A stretch of 47,270 bases of DNA from an uncultured Anaerolineaceae bacterium (GCA_964570595.1 CAZMZL010000003.1:1-47270), one strand, 5' to 3'. Positions 18,870 through 27,680 are shown, counted from the first letter of the stretch. The notes: a model not told the origin generated them from the letters alone. Translations and numbers: made by a program.

Positions 18870-18904
18870 TGTACAGGGGCAGTCATCCAAGCTGCCCCTG
18901 TACA
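18870..18904 (+). other. Perfect 13-bp stem hairpin (TGTACAGGGGCAG-N9-CTGCCCCTGTACA) between the transketolase-like gene and tauE
   Basis: Read directly. There is no U-tract on either strand, so a processing/stability or attenuator element is more likely than a classical terminator. Confidence 0.5.
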
Positions 18905-18945
18905 TGTCCAGCAGCCTTGATCCATGGATATGACGGCGCACTTCG

Positions 18946-19686
18946 ATGAATGATGGAATGCTGATTTCGGCCGTCATCGGTCTGAGCGCATTTCTTGTCG
19001 GTTTCTCGAAAGGCGGAGTGGGAGGCATGATGGGTGCGCTCATCACTGCCTTGCTGGCGCTCGTCTTGCCAGTGGACGTGGCGATAGGCATGTTGCTGCC
19101 GCTCTTGATCGTCGGAGATGTATTTGCCGTGGGGGTGCACTGGCGCAAATGGGAGGGCGGACTCATCCGCATACTCATCCCTGGGGCATTGCTGGGGACG
19201 CTGATCGCAACGCTCTTTATCACCAGTGTATCCGTAGATGTGCTCCGCAAAGCCCTGGGTGTCATCATCGCGGTCTTTGTGATCTATCAGGTGTTCGGAC
19301 GCCGAACCATCAAGTCGCATCGATATAAATCCCGCCGGTGGCATGGTTTCGTCGCAGGTGGGATCTCGGGATCCACCTCAACACTGGCGCATGTCGGCGG
19401 ACCTCCGGTGACGGTATATCTCTTAATGCAAAACATGACGCCAAGAACTCTGGTAGCAACTTCAGCCTTGTTCTTCAGTATTCTGAATTTGATGAAACTC
19501 CCCGGTTATTTGATCGCTCAGCTTGTGGTTCCGTCGATGATGCGAGAGCTTCTATGGGCGACGCCCTTAATCCCGCTGGGAGTCTGGGTCGGGCGATGGG
19601 CGGTGGACCGCGTCGACCGGAATATATTCGATGGTGTAATGACGTTCCTCCTGGCGATCTCGGCAGGTATGCTTGTGCTGATGTAA
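18946..19686 (+). CDS. TauE/SafE (DUF81) family anion exporter
   Basis: All-membrane 246-aa protein with a duplicated GxxGGxxG-type segment (GFSKGGVGGMMGALI; GGISGSTSTLAHVGGPPV), typical of the sulfite/organosulfonate exporter family. Confidence 0.85.
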   Translation: MNDGMLISAVIGLSAFLVGFSKGGVGGMMGALITALLALVLPVDVAIGMLLPLLIVGDVFAVGVHWRKWEGGLIRILIPGALLGTLIATLFITSVSVDVLRKALGVIIAVFVIYQVFGRRTIKSHRYKSRRWHGFVAGGISGSTSTLAHVGGPPVTVYLLMQNMTPRTLVATSALFFSILNLMKLPGYLIAQLVVPSMMRELLWATPLIPLGVWVGRWAVDRVDRNIFDGVMTFLLAISAGMLVLM

Positions 19687-19847
19687 GGGGTTTTGTCATT
19701 CGATGTGTAATATCCATCGCAGAGCTGTTGTCTGTGCCAAGGACCAACAAAGTGCGATGACGAGCTTGATCGCCAGAATGTAAACAGACTCGAGGATTGT
19801 CGCAATGAGAAGACGGATCGATTCCATACATGAGGAGGAATACTACG

Positions 19848-20177
19848 ATGATCGTGACCATCATCCAGTTTGCGCTCGATGAGAGCATTGATGGGGACCG
19901 TGCCCGGGCCATGTTCGCCGATTCTATCGAAAAGTTTTTTGGCATGACCGGCCTGAACAGGAAATATTATCTTCTTTCCGAGGACGCGGCCGCATCTGCA
20001 AGTGTGTATCTGTGGGATTCAAGAGAGCGAGCGGAAAACTTCTTCACCGATGCGTGGATGGACTTTATCGGGGAGAAGTATGGGCACCGTCCGACGGTGA
20101 CGTATTATGAATGCCCCATTGTCATCGACAATGTTACACATGAAGTACTTAAATCCGACAAGCAAATCCCTGGATAG
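19848..20177 (+). CDS. YdhR-like dimeric alpha/beta-barrel protein (putative monooxygenase family)
   Basis: MIVTIIQFAL....G.....K.YLLSED..ASASVYLWDSRERAE.FF parallels remembered E. coli YdhR (LLQLHFAF...WKVWTESE..AGGIYLF). GAGGAGG lies 9 nt upstream of ATG 19848. Confidence 0.6.
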   Translation: MIVTIIQFALDESIDGDRARAMFADSIEKFFGMTGLNRKYYLLSEDAAASASVYLWDSRERAENFFTDAWMDFIGEKYGHRPTVTYYECPIVIDNVTHEVLKSDKQIPG

Positions 20178-20519
20178 CCATGCGATTTTTACAAGGGGCG
20201 AGGCCATCTCGCGGAACCATGAATGGACGGGCTGCTGAGCGGAAACGGGCTCATTGATCCGTACTCGCTAACGCTGGCGAGCGAAGTGGTTTTTTCGGGT
20301 TTGGGATCGGGCACAGAATACCTGGCTCGAAAACCAGAAAAACGTATGAAAGAAACACCCAGTCGACAGGTTTATGACCTGATCGACTGAATCGAGCCAG
20401 CATGGGAGCGTGGTCCACCCATGTGAGAACCGATCGTGAGAGGCGCTTATCCTGCACGAAACCGGCCGCTCGCACAGTTCGGGAATGCGCCACCGATCTG
20501 AGGCACTGAGAAGGAAAGC

Positions 20520-21200
20520 ATGAGAACTGAAGCCATCATTTTCGACTTCGACGGGTTGATCGTCGACACCGAGACGCCCACCTATCAGGTATGGAAGGAT
20601 GCCTTTGCGCGCTATGCCCTCGAACTGCCGTTGTCCGTCTGGTCGGATTGCATAGGAAAAGGGGATGAAGACAACCCGCTTCGGTATCTCGAAGAACACA
20701 TAGGAGAGCCCGTGGATCGAGAGAGGCTCGTCGCGGCTCTCGATATGCAGCGTTTCGAGCTCGTCTCCGATGCGCCACCACTGCCTGGAGCCGTGGAGAC
20801 CATCCGGGCCGCGCATGGACGCGGCTATCGATTGGCGATTGCCTCAAGCTCGCCGCATCGTTGGGTCGAGCCCCATCTTGACCGCCTTGGGGTGATGCAG
20901 TTGTTTGAGAGCATTCTCTGTGAGGAAGACGTCGCAGAAACGAAGCCCTCCCCGCAATTGTTTCTGCTGACGCTCGAGCGACTCAAGATCACGCCCCGGG
21001 AAGCGATCGTGCTGGAGGATTCCCCCAACGGCATTGCGGCCGCCCACGCTGCGGGTTTGTTCGTCATCGTGGTTCCCAATTTAATTACCAAGCAGCTCGA
21101 TCTGGGTGGGGCGGACATGCAGCTTGAATCACTGGCCGATCTTTCGTTTGATGCGTTAATGATCGATGTGGATGCACGTCGGGAGAGGAGGGGCTGGTGA
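20520..21200 (+). CDS. HAD-superfamily hydrolase (beta-phosphoglucomutase / phosphatase subfamily IA)
   Basis: Motif I IIFDFDGLIVDTE, motif II IASSS, motif III/IV KPSP...EDSPNGIAAA. Confidence 0.9.
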   Translation: MRTEAIIFDFDGLIVDTETPTYQVWKDAFARYALELPLSVWSDCIGKGDEDNPLRYLEEHIGEPVDRERLVAALDMQRFELVSDAPPLPGAVETIRAAHGRGYRLAIASSSPHRWVEPHLDRLGVMQLFESILCEEDVAETKPSPQLFLLTLERLKITPREAIVLEDSPNGIAAAHAAGLFVIVVPNLITKQLDLGGADMQLESLADLSFDALMIDVDARRERRGW

Positions 21201-21547
21201 TATCCTCGATTTACAGTTCGTTCGAGGAGCTTTCACAAACCCATTTTCTATTCTGCGAAGCCCTGCAACGACTCGCTGGTGACCTAGAGTAGGTTTTATG
21301 ATGGGATTACCGTCAGATCGATGCTCGAGGAAGATGCCCTGAAGGTTGCTGCGGGATCTTCGTTAAACAGGGAAGAGCGCGCAGAGGCTATCAGCCCGCA
21401 AATCATCATGGCTGTGCCCCGAGCCATCTTCTTCGACATAATCTAAAAACCCACATATTCGCTCATTATTTATGGTCGGCCTGCGATAAAATACCAGGGG
21501 ATCCTATCTGAATGGCGGTTTGTTTCTGAAGAAGAAAGTGAGGTCCA

Positions 21548-22423
21548 TTGTATTCGATCGAGTCCGGCCTGATGATCGCCGGAAGTGCTATTGCGATCAA
21601 TCTGGTCCTTGCGCTCATTAAAATATCCACCGGTGTGATCGGCAATTCCTATGCTTTGATCGCGGACGGTATCGAATCAACGACCGACATATTTGCGTCA
21701 TTAATCGTTTTCGGAGGCTTACGACTATCGACCCGGCCTCCAGATGAAAATCATCCCTATGGTCATGGAAAGGCCGAATCGCTGGCCGCGATGATCGTGG
21801 CGCTGTTCCTTATCGGGGCGGCAGTTCTCATTGCGGTGCAAAGTATTCGGGAGATACGCGCGCCACAAAGCTCCCCTGCCTGGTACACGCTCGTTGTCCT
21901 GGGGATGGTCATCGTGGTCAAGGAACTGCTTTTCCGTCGTATGCATGAGGTCGGCGAAGGCCTGGATAGCAGTTCTCTGCGAAGCGATGCCTGGCATCAT
22001 CGGTCGGATGCGATCACATCCCTGGCCGCCTTCGTTGGAATAAGCATCGCCCTGATCGGAGGCGAAGGTTTTGAAGCTGCGGATGATTGGGCCGCGCTCT
22101 TAGCATGCAGTATTATTTTTTTCAATGGGGTGCGTTTACTGCGACCCGCGCTCAACGAGGTGATGGATGCATCTCCTTCTGATGATGTAGAAGCGCGCAT
22201 CGTGGAGACGGCCTCGAACGTCGAGGGCGTTATCGCCATCGAGAAGTGCAGGATCCGTAAAAGCGGATTGGGTTATCTCATGGACATTCATGTGGAAGTG
22301 AATAGCGAGCTCACCATCCGCGAAGGTCATGACATCGGGCATGCCGTGAAAGACCGATTGTTGAATTCGGAGTTACCCATCAACGACGTCACCGTGCACG
22401 TCGAACCAGGCAAGCATCATTGA
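21548..22423 (+). CDS. Cation diffusion facilitator (CDF) family metal exporter (FieF/MamB-like)
   Basis: SYALIADGIESTTD, HPYGHGKAE and HHRSDA metal-site motifs, plus a C-terminal cytoplasmic domain. TTG 21548 or ATG 21572 start. Confidence 0.9.
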   Translation: MYSIESGLMIAGSAIAINLVLALIKISTGVIGNSYALIADGIESTTDIFASLIVFGGLRLSTRPPDENHPYGHGKAESLAAMIVALFLIGAAVLIAVQSIREIRAPQSSPAWYTLVVLGMVIVVKELLFRRMHEVGEGLDSSSLRSDAWHHRSDAITSLAAFVGISIALIGGEGFEAADDWAALLACSIIFFNGVRLLRPALNEVMDASPSDDVEARIVETASNVEGVIAIEKCRIRKSGLGYLMDIHVEVNSELTIREGHDIGHAVKDRLLNSELPINDVTVHVEPGKHH

Positions 22424-22540
22424 ACGTAGTTCCCCACAAGGACAGCTAAACACCCATCGGGCCGGATAGATCCCGTGAACCATGTGAGGTCCTCGCCTCA
22501 AGTAAATAAGACAAAATAGATGAATATAAACTTGTAAAGG

Positions 22541-22559
22541 GATGAATGACCATTCCATC
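22541..22559. promoter_or_regulatory. Imperfect inverted repeat GATGAATG-AC-CATTCCATC, about 90 nt upstream of the FTR1 permease (candidate metalloregulator operator)
   Basis: Read directly. The arms match except for one inserted base. It sits in an AT-rich putative promoter region and has a loose GAT.AT/AT.ATC Fur-like flavour only. Confidence 0.2.
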
Positions 22560-22648
22560 AAGATAGAAGAGAGTCTAAGATTGATCAAGCCATTGCATCA
22601 TTTGTAGAGGGCGTCGACAAACAAGTTGATAAGGAGATTTGAACTGGC

Positions 22649-23473
22649 ATGCTGCCGGGTTTCTTGATTGGTTTACGCGAGGGGTTGGAAGCCGCATTGA
22701 TCGTGGGGTTGGTGCTGGGTATTCTTGCCCAGATGAAACAGGAGCGATACCGAAATGTGATCTGGGGGGGAGTCGGTGCTGCCATTGTGGTGAGCCTGGC
22801 CACGGCTTTGATACTGCGGTGGCTTGGTGCTTCGCTGGAGGGAACAACTGAGGAGATTTTCGAGGGCGCCATGATGCTCCTGGCGGCTGGTGTGCTCACA
22901 TGGATGATTGTCTGGATGCAACAGCAGAGTCGTGCATACCAGGAGGGTTTGGAGAATGACGTGCGCCGGGCCATGCAGGGGGGGCAGGTTTGGGTGCTTT
23001 TTGGGATTGCATTCATTGCTGTTTTGCGAGAAGGGGTGGAGACAGCTTTGTTTCTCACCGCGACCGCGATCGTTGCCGATGAGCGCCAGGTGTTTTTGGG
23101 TGCAGTACTGGGAATTACGGCAGCCCTACTGCTGGGCTGGGTGTTGTTCAATGCGACTGTACGACTCAATCTTCGTCGTTTTTTTCTGGCGACGAGTTTC
23201 CTCTTGATCCTGTTCGCAGCGGGACTTTTCGCCCACGGTGTCCATGAATTTGTCGAGGCAGGATGGCTCCCGGCCATCATCGATCCGATCTGGAACCTCA
23301 ACCCGATACTGGATGAGAACTCGCTTGTAGGGAGCGTGCTAAAGGCACTTTTCGGATATAACGGGAATCCTTCGCTGACCGAGAGCCTGGCGTATGTGCT
23401 CTACCTGGCGATGATCCTGATAGGAATTTATTGGCTGGCACGGAGAGGTGCGAATCCTCCCGAGGCTGCCTGA
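22649..23473 (+). CDS. FTR1/EfeU family high-affinity iron permease
   Basis: Two RExxE motifs (LREGLEAAL and LREGVETAL) in a 7-TM protein of 274 aa. Confidence 0.9.
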   Translation: MLPGFLIGLREGLEAALIVGLVLGILAQMKQERYRNVIWGGVGAAIVVSLATALILRWLGASLEGTTEEIFEGAMMLLAAGVLTWMIVWMQQQSRAYQEGLENDVRRAMQGGQVWVLFGIAFIAVLREGVETALFLTATAIVADERQVFLGAVLGITAALLLGWVLFNATVRLNLRRFFLATSFLLILFAAGLFAHGVHEFVEAGWLPAIIDPIWNLNPILDENSLVGSVLKALFGYNGNPSLTESLAYVLYLAMILIGIYWLARRGANPPEAA

Positions 23474-23892
23474 TCCCGCGTCGTCGAGATCTGCAGCTTC
23501 TCTGGTTCGAAACGCCCTGGTGGCGACCTGCAGATATCGTTTGCTGCGTCGTCGGGACCTCCTCGTGATTGATCGATCATTGCGCGCCGTGGTGTGCAGG
23601 CCGATGGGGTCTGAAAGTTTGATCACCCCGGTATAGAAGAACCGATGGATAACCCGCATCCCGAACGAGCTCAGGGGTCCTGGTTCCGGGACTGGTGGAT
23701 AACGATCGCAGGCAGAGTTGTTAAAAATGTTTCCGGGATCAATACGTGCTTCGAAGTGAGCCGAGGGATAATGTGGTCTGCAATCAATGCGTCAGATCAT
23801 CCGTGCGGGATCAAGGGGTTGGGAGCGGCGTCTCCTGGCACATATCGTCGACGAGGACGATCGGCAGCATTGCTGACAGAAAACCACACCCT

Positions 23893-24342
23893 CTAATTCG
23901 TAATAGGCAAGCCGGCGTCGAGCCAATCCCGGATGCCGCCGAGGTCATACACGGGCGCGTAGCCAGCCTCGGTGAGAATGCGCGCCGCTGATGCGCTGCG
24001 GTTGCCGCTGCGGCAGTACACCACGATGGGTGCCTCTCCAGGGATTTCGTCCAACCGCCCCGACATCTGCTCCACCGGGATATTGAGCGCGCCTTCGATA
24101 TGCCCGGAGGCGAATTCCTCTGCTGTTCGTACGTCGATCAATAGATGCGAGGCCGGATCATCGAAATCGGCGACATATTCAACGGGGCTTATAAGCTGGG
24201 ATGTGGCGGCAGGCGCATCGATGGCGGCCGCGCCGGCACACCCCGTTAAGATGATTCCCATCGACAGGGCGACGACCCAAAGCACTGCATCGCGCAGTTT
24301 AAAGTGTGTGGAAAATCGAGGATTTATCGGGTTCATGTTCAT
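23893..24342 (-). CDS. Rhodanese-domain lipoprotein (sulfurtransferase-like)
   Basis: Signal peptide ending in the lipobox LTGC. Rhodanese fold with active-site loop CRSGNRS. I prefer the ATG at 24342 (MNMNPINP...); the tracked start 24402 would overlap feoC. Confidence 0.85.
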   Translation of the reverse strand: MNMNPINPRFSTHFKLRDAVLWVVALSMGIILTGCAGAAAIDAPAATSQLISPVEYVADFDDPASHLLIDVRTAEEFASGHIEGALNIPVEQMSGRLDEIPGEAPIVVYCRSGNRSASAARILTEAGYAPVYDLGGIRDWLDAGLPITN

Positions 24343-24368
24343 GGGGTATCTGATGTCCTTTATGAGTT

Positions 24369-24683
24369 TCAGAGAGTACCACATCCGCAGCCTTGACCAC
24401 ACGGCGACGTTCGGGTTTCCAATGATGTGGCGTCATCCGACGGCGCCAGTTCGTAGCTTCGGGGGAACTCGACTACAAAAGGGCAGCGGCCTTTAGTGCC
24501 GCAGGCGCCGCAACCATCTGGCAATACGGCTTCGCGGATGCGCCCTTTCCCTACCCAGTATTGAAGCATGCCATCGAGCCGCGCGGGTGAAATCCCCAAC
24601 TCTCGCGCAACTGCACGGCTCGAAAGCGGGTTTTTTGACTGCTCAAAGATGGCCAAGATCTTCCCGAGTGTGCTGACGGTCAT
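24369..24683 (-). CDS. feoC: FeoC-like winged-helix protein with Cys-rich C-terminus
   Basis: An internal ATG at 24683 has AGGAGA 7 nt upstream and lies 11 nt after the feoB stop. The product MTVSTLGKILAIFEQ...SSRAVARELGISPARLDGMLQYWVGKGRI..CGACGTKGRC has the FeoC wHTH plus Cys cluster. An extra CGQGCGCG tail follows. Confidence 0.65.
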   Translation of the reverse strand: MTVSTLGKILAIFEQSKNPLSSRAVARELGISPARLDGMLQYWVGKGRIREAVLPDGCGACGTKGRCPFVVEFPRSYELAPSDDATSLETRTSPCGQGCGCGTL

Positions 24684-24696
24684 CGTCCGTGATCTC

Positions 24697-26985
24697 CTAT
24701 AAAACGAGAACTTTCCCGATCTGAAAGACCAACACTGCTGCAACCCAGGCCAGGGCGAGGGTGAATGCGATCTGTGTCCACATCCAGCGGGGACCGAACT
24801 CCTGCCGCATTGCAGACACAGCCGCCATGCAGGGAACGTAGAGCAGGACGAATGCCGTGAAAGCCACGGCGGCAACTCTCCCGGCTTCGGGGGAACCCGC
24901 GGATGCGCTGAAGGAGGCCACCAGGGCAGTTTGCAGGCTGCTCGCATCATCTTCGACAACCGCCGTTTGAGGGAAGAATGCGATCTCTCCAATATGTATG
25001 CCTGGAATGATGTTGATCGTCCGCGGTACGATGTTGATGACTTCCTGCACGGTGAGTATCGCCGCTTTTCCGAACCCGATCACGGATACAAACAGATCTT
25101 CGCCGAAATTCGTGGGCTTTACTGCTGCGCCCTCGCCCACCAGTTCGTTTTCCCCAACTTCCTGGACGTAGATCTGGTTCATCGTGCCGACGATGACTTC
25201 CTTGGCAATGATCCCTGTCACAAGAGACCCGGCAGCCTCCCATGTGCCGAACCCGGCGGGTCCCAGGATGGGTGCAATCACACTGCCAAGAGCGCCGAAC
25301 ACGCTGTCTCCAGCGGGAACATCGTTGAACGACCCTTTATCAGACCCCGCAGGGATGGCCATTAATAGCCACAATCCCATCGAGGTCAGGAGGAGCACGG
25401 TTCCGGCTTTGACGATGAAACCCTTCGTGCGTTCCCACATCTGCCGCCAGACATCAGCGATGCGCGGGGGACGATAAGGCGGCAGCTCCATGACGAAGGG
25501 CGCCGGCGCCTGTCCCTTGTAGATCGTGTGTTTCAGCGTAAAACCGATGACGAGGGCAGTGATGATGCCGAGCAAATACATGGCGAAGATTAGATTTCCG
25601 GCGGCTGTCCCGAAGAAGGCGGCGCCGATGATGACATATACGGGAAGACGAGCGCCGCAGCTCATGAAGGTGGCCAGGAAACCCGTCAGCTTGCGATCTC
25701 TCTCGTCCTCGAGTGTGCGTGTGGCATAGACCGCCGGGACGGTGCAGCCAAATCCCACAATCATGGGGAGGAAGCTCTTTCCGTGCAGTCCCATCCAGCG
25801 CATGACCCTGTCCATCACAAAAGCGGCGCGGGCCATGTAGCCCGAATCCTCCAATACGGCCAGAGCGAGATAAAGAAAGAGCAGGACAGGGATGAAGACC
25901 AAAACGCCTCCCACCCCGGCGATAATGCCGTCCGTGATCAACGCTGCGAACCAGGTGCCCTGGAGACCCAATGCAGCCATCACGCTTGCGGTCCAACCGT
26001 AGACCACGTCGTTGATGAGCACATCGATCCAATCGAGGTAAGGTGCGCTCACGTTGGCCGTGAACTGGAAGACGATCCACATGATCAGCAGGAATATGGG
26101 CAGCCCCCATATCTGATGCGTGACAACTTTGTCGATCCGATCGGATCCGGTGAAGATCGACTGGCGTGGGCGGACGACGACACTGTCGATAACCGAGCCC
26201 ACGAAGGCGTAACGTTGATCGGCGATGATCGTGTCCGCCTCTTCACCTGTCTTCTCTTCAATCCGCGCTCTGGCTTCATCGGAAGTTTTCACCAGATCCG
26301 TTATTCCGCTGCCCGTAAGCGCCTGGTCAATGCTGGGATCGCCCTCGAGAAGTTTAATCGCCAGCCAATGTGGATCGTAGGCCGTGGCAAGCGGCTCATC
26401 TCTAGCGATCATGGCCTCGAGAATGTTTATCTCATCTCTAACGATGCCATCGTACTCAACTTGCAACTCCGCGCCGCGCGGTTTGGTGGCGACAAGGCTT
26501 ATCGCTCGCTTTAGTTCGTCGATGCCGGTCTGGCGGCTGCCCACCGTCTTCACGATCGGGATGCCTCCCAGGCGCGCGGAGAGTTCGTCTACGTCGATGC
26601 TCACGCCGCGGCTTGTGGCGACATCGATCATGTTGAGCGCGATGATGACGGGAATTTTAAGTTCGATGATCTGGGCGACAAGGTAAAAATTACGCTCCAA
26701 ATTAGAGGCATCGACCACAACCACGACCGCGCTTGGGCGTTCGTGAACGATGTAATCGCGGGTGATGATTTCCTCGATCGAGTAGGCCGTCAGGCTGTAT
26801 GTTCCCGGCAGGTCGATGATGAAGATATTTCCCGTAGCTAGTTTAAGACGTCCTTCTTTCTTCTCAACCGTCTTCCCGGGCCAATTTCCCACATGTTGCT
26901 GGGCACCGGTTAATGCGTTGAAGATCGTGCTTTTACCAACGTTGGGATTACCGGCGAGGGCTACGGTGAAGGACATTTCATCCAT
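24697..26985 (-). CDS. feoB: Ferrous iron transporter FeoB
   Basis: N-terminal G-domain [19 protein letters not shown] and DLPGTYSL, followed by the multi-TM gate/nucleoside-recognition regions. 762 aa. Confidence 0.95.
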   Translation of the reverse strand: MDEMSFTVALAGNPNVGKSTIFNALTGAQQHVGNWPGKTVEKKEGRLKLATGNIFIIDLPGTYSLTAYSIEEIITRDYIVHERPSAVVVVVDASNLERNFYLVAQIIELKIPVIIALNMIDVATSRGVSIDVDELSARLGGIPIVKTVGSRQTGIDELKRAISLVATKPRGAELQVEYDGIVRDEINILEAMIARDEPLATAYDPHWLAIKLLEGDPSIDQALTGSGITDLVKTSDEARARIEEKTGEEADTIIADQRYAFVGSVIDSVVVRPRQSIFTGSDRIDKVVTHQIWGLPIFLLIMWIVFQFTANVSAPYLDWIDVLINDVVYGWTASVMAALGLQGTWFAALITDGIIAGVGGVLVFIPVLLFLYLALAVLEDSGYMARAAFVMDRVMRWMGLHGKSFLPMIVGFGCTVPAVYATRTLEDERDRKLTGFLATFMSCGARLPVYVIIGAAFFGTAAGNLIFAMYLLGIITALVIGFTLKHTIYKGQAPAPFVMELPPYRPPRIADVWRQMWERTKGFIVKAGTVLLLTSMGLWLLMAIPAGSDKGSFNDVPAGDSVFGALGSVIAPILGPAGFGTWEAAGSLVTGIIAKEVIVGTMNQIYVQEVGENELVGEGAAVKPTNFGEDLFVSVIGFGKAAILTVQEVINIVPRTINIIPGIHIGEIAFFPQTAVVEDDASSLQTALVASFSASAGSPEAGRVAAVAFTAFVLLYVPCMAAVSAMRQEFGPRWMWTQIAFTLALAWVAAVLVFQIGKVLVL

Positions 26986-27269
26986 CCATTATGATTGGTA
27001 CTTTTCCGAGTGCATGATCCGACCTGCCATCCTGCGATCGACAGACGGGCAGAAAGCATATTTTTCGGAATGATGAACGCGGCCAGGGCGTCGTTCGTGA
27101 TCTCCTGGACGTCTGCCCCACCCAGTTTGCTCCAGATTTTTCTGAAGCCGCCGCGTCTTGCCCCCCCCCATCGCACTCCGATGATGATCGCCCTGACCGG
27201 ACCTGCCATCCACCTCAAGGACAACCAGCGATTGCGCACAGGCGAGTTTGGGATGATGGAAAAACTCAT
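26961..27269 (-). CDS. Divergent FeoA-like small protein (tentative)
   Basis: It sits between feoA and feoB, where second feoA copies are common. There is a weak by-eye alignment to the neighbouring FeoA (L.L..G.V..I...GG.RR.....LG..GA.V.E......LS.R...A....V). The ATG is preceded by a G8 run. It contains a G9 (C9 on plus) homopolymer and overlaps the feoB start by 16-25 nt. Confidence 0.35.
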   Translation of the reverse strand: MSFSIIPNSPVRNRWLSLRWMAGPVRAIIIGVRWGGARRGGFRKIWSKLGGADVQEITNDALAAFIIPKNMLSARLSIAGWQVGSCTRKSTNHNGWMKCPSP

Positions 27270-27283
27270 CGTCTGACCCCCCC

Positions 27284-27517
27284 CTAGATTTCGACCTCGA
27301 TCATCCTGGCTTCGGTCTTGCGCATGGAGAGGTTGTATCCACGTACCTTGTATTCGACAGGATCACCCAACGGTGCGGCTTTCATCATCTCGATGCTCGC
27401 GCCCTTCGTCACGCCCATCTCGAGGATGCGGCGGCGCACGGGTCCATTCCCCCCGACCTTCATCACGGTTGCCACCTGACCAGGTATGAGCTGGTCCAAT
27501 GTTGTTCTTTGCGCCAT
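27284..27517 (-). CDS. feoA: FeoA (SH3-like ferrous iron transport protein A)
   Basis: 77 aa. LDQLIPGQVATVMKVGGNGPVRRRILEMGVTKGASIEMMKAAPLGDPVEYKVRGYNLSMRKTEARMIEV is a canonical FeoA pattern. Confidence 0.9.
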   Translation of the reverse strand: MAQRTTLDQLIPGQVATVMKVGGNGPVRRRILEMGVTKGASIEMMKAAPLGDPVEYKVRGYNLSMRKTEARMIEVEI

Positions 27518-27662
27518 GTATTTCTACCCTATGAACCTGGTTGTGCCCTATGATATTATGCAGACCATACCACATAACATTATGGTTTACCTATAAATAA
27601 AAACAAAGGAAGACCTTCGCATATGAATAGGGATAAATGTAACATGAGCCCTAGCACGAGGG

Positions 27663-27680
27663 CATATAGCCTACAATATG
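27663..27680. promoter_or_regulatory. 18-bp imperfect palindrome CATATAG-CCTA-CAATATG in the feoA / phosphoesterase divergent intergenic region (candidate operator overlapping a TACAAT -10-like hexamer)
   Basis: Half-sites CATATAG and CATATTG (reverse complement) match at 6/7 positions. The central TAGCCTA equals the centre of the classical DtxR/IdeR box, but the outer positions do not match. It lies 44 nt upstream of ATG 27724. Confidence 0.25.

Noticed and set aside
20178-20519. Possible terminator or ncRNA (CTCGC-N8-GCGAG followed by a T6 run at about 20262-20300), and minus-strand ORFs 20251-20493 and 20268-20816
   Set aside because: The stem is only 5 bp and the T-run is 8 nt away from it. 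The minus-strand ORFs overlap the HAD gene antisense or lack any motif or SD. This is not enough for a call.
23474-23892. 420-nt region between the FTR1 and rhodanese genes, including tracked ORFs 23448-23636, 23645-23896 and 23746-23991, an ATCTGCAG...CTGCAGAT inverted repeat (23489-23535) and a GGTTCGAA word (23504-23511)
   Set aside because: The translations in all six frames look non-protein-like (Arg/Ser/Gly-rich with no motifs). The GGTTCGAA word lacks the flanking complementary T-stem and acceptor arms of a tRNA. The inverted repeat has a 31-nt loop and no U-tract. It is treated as convergent intergenic spacer, possibly very old gene debris.
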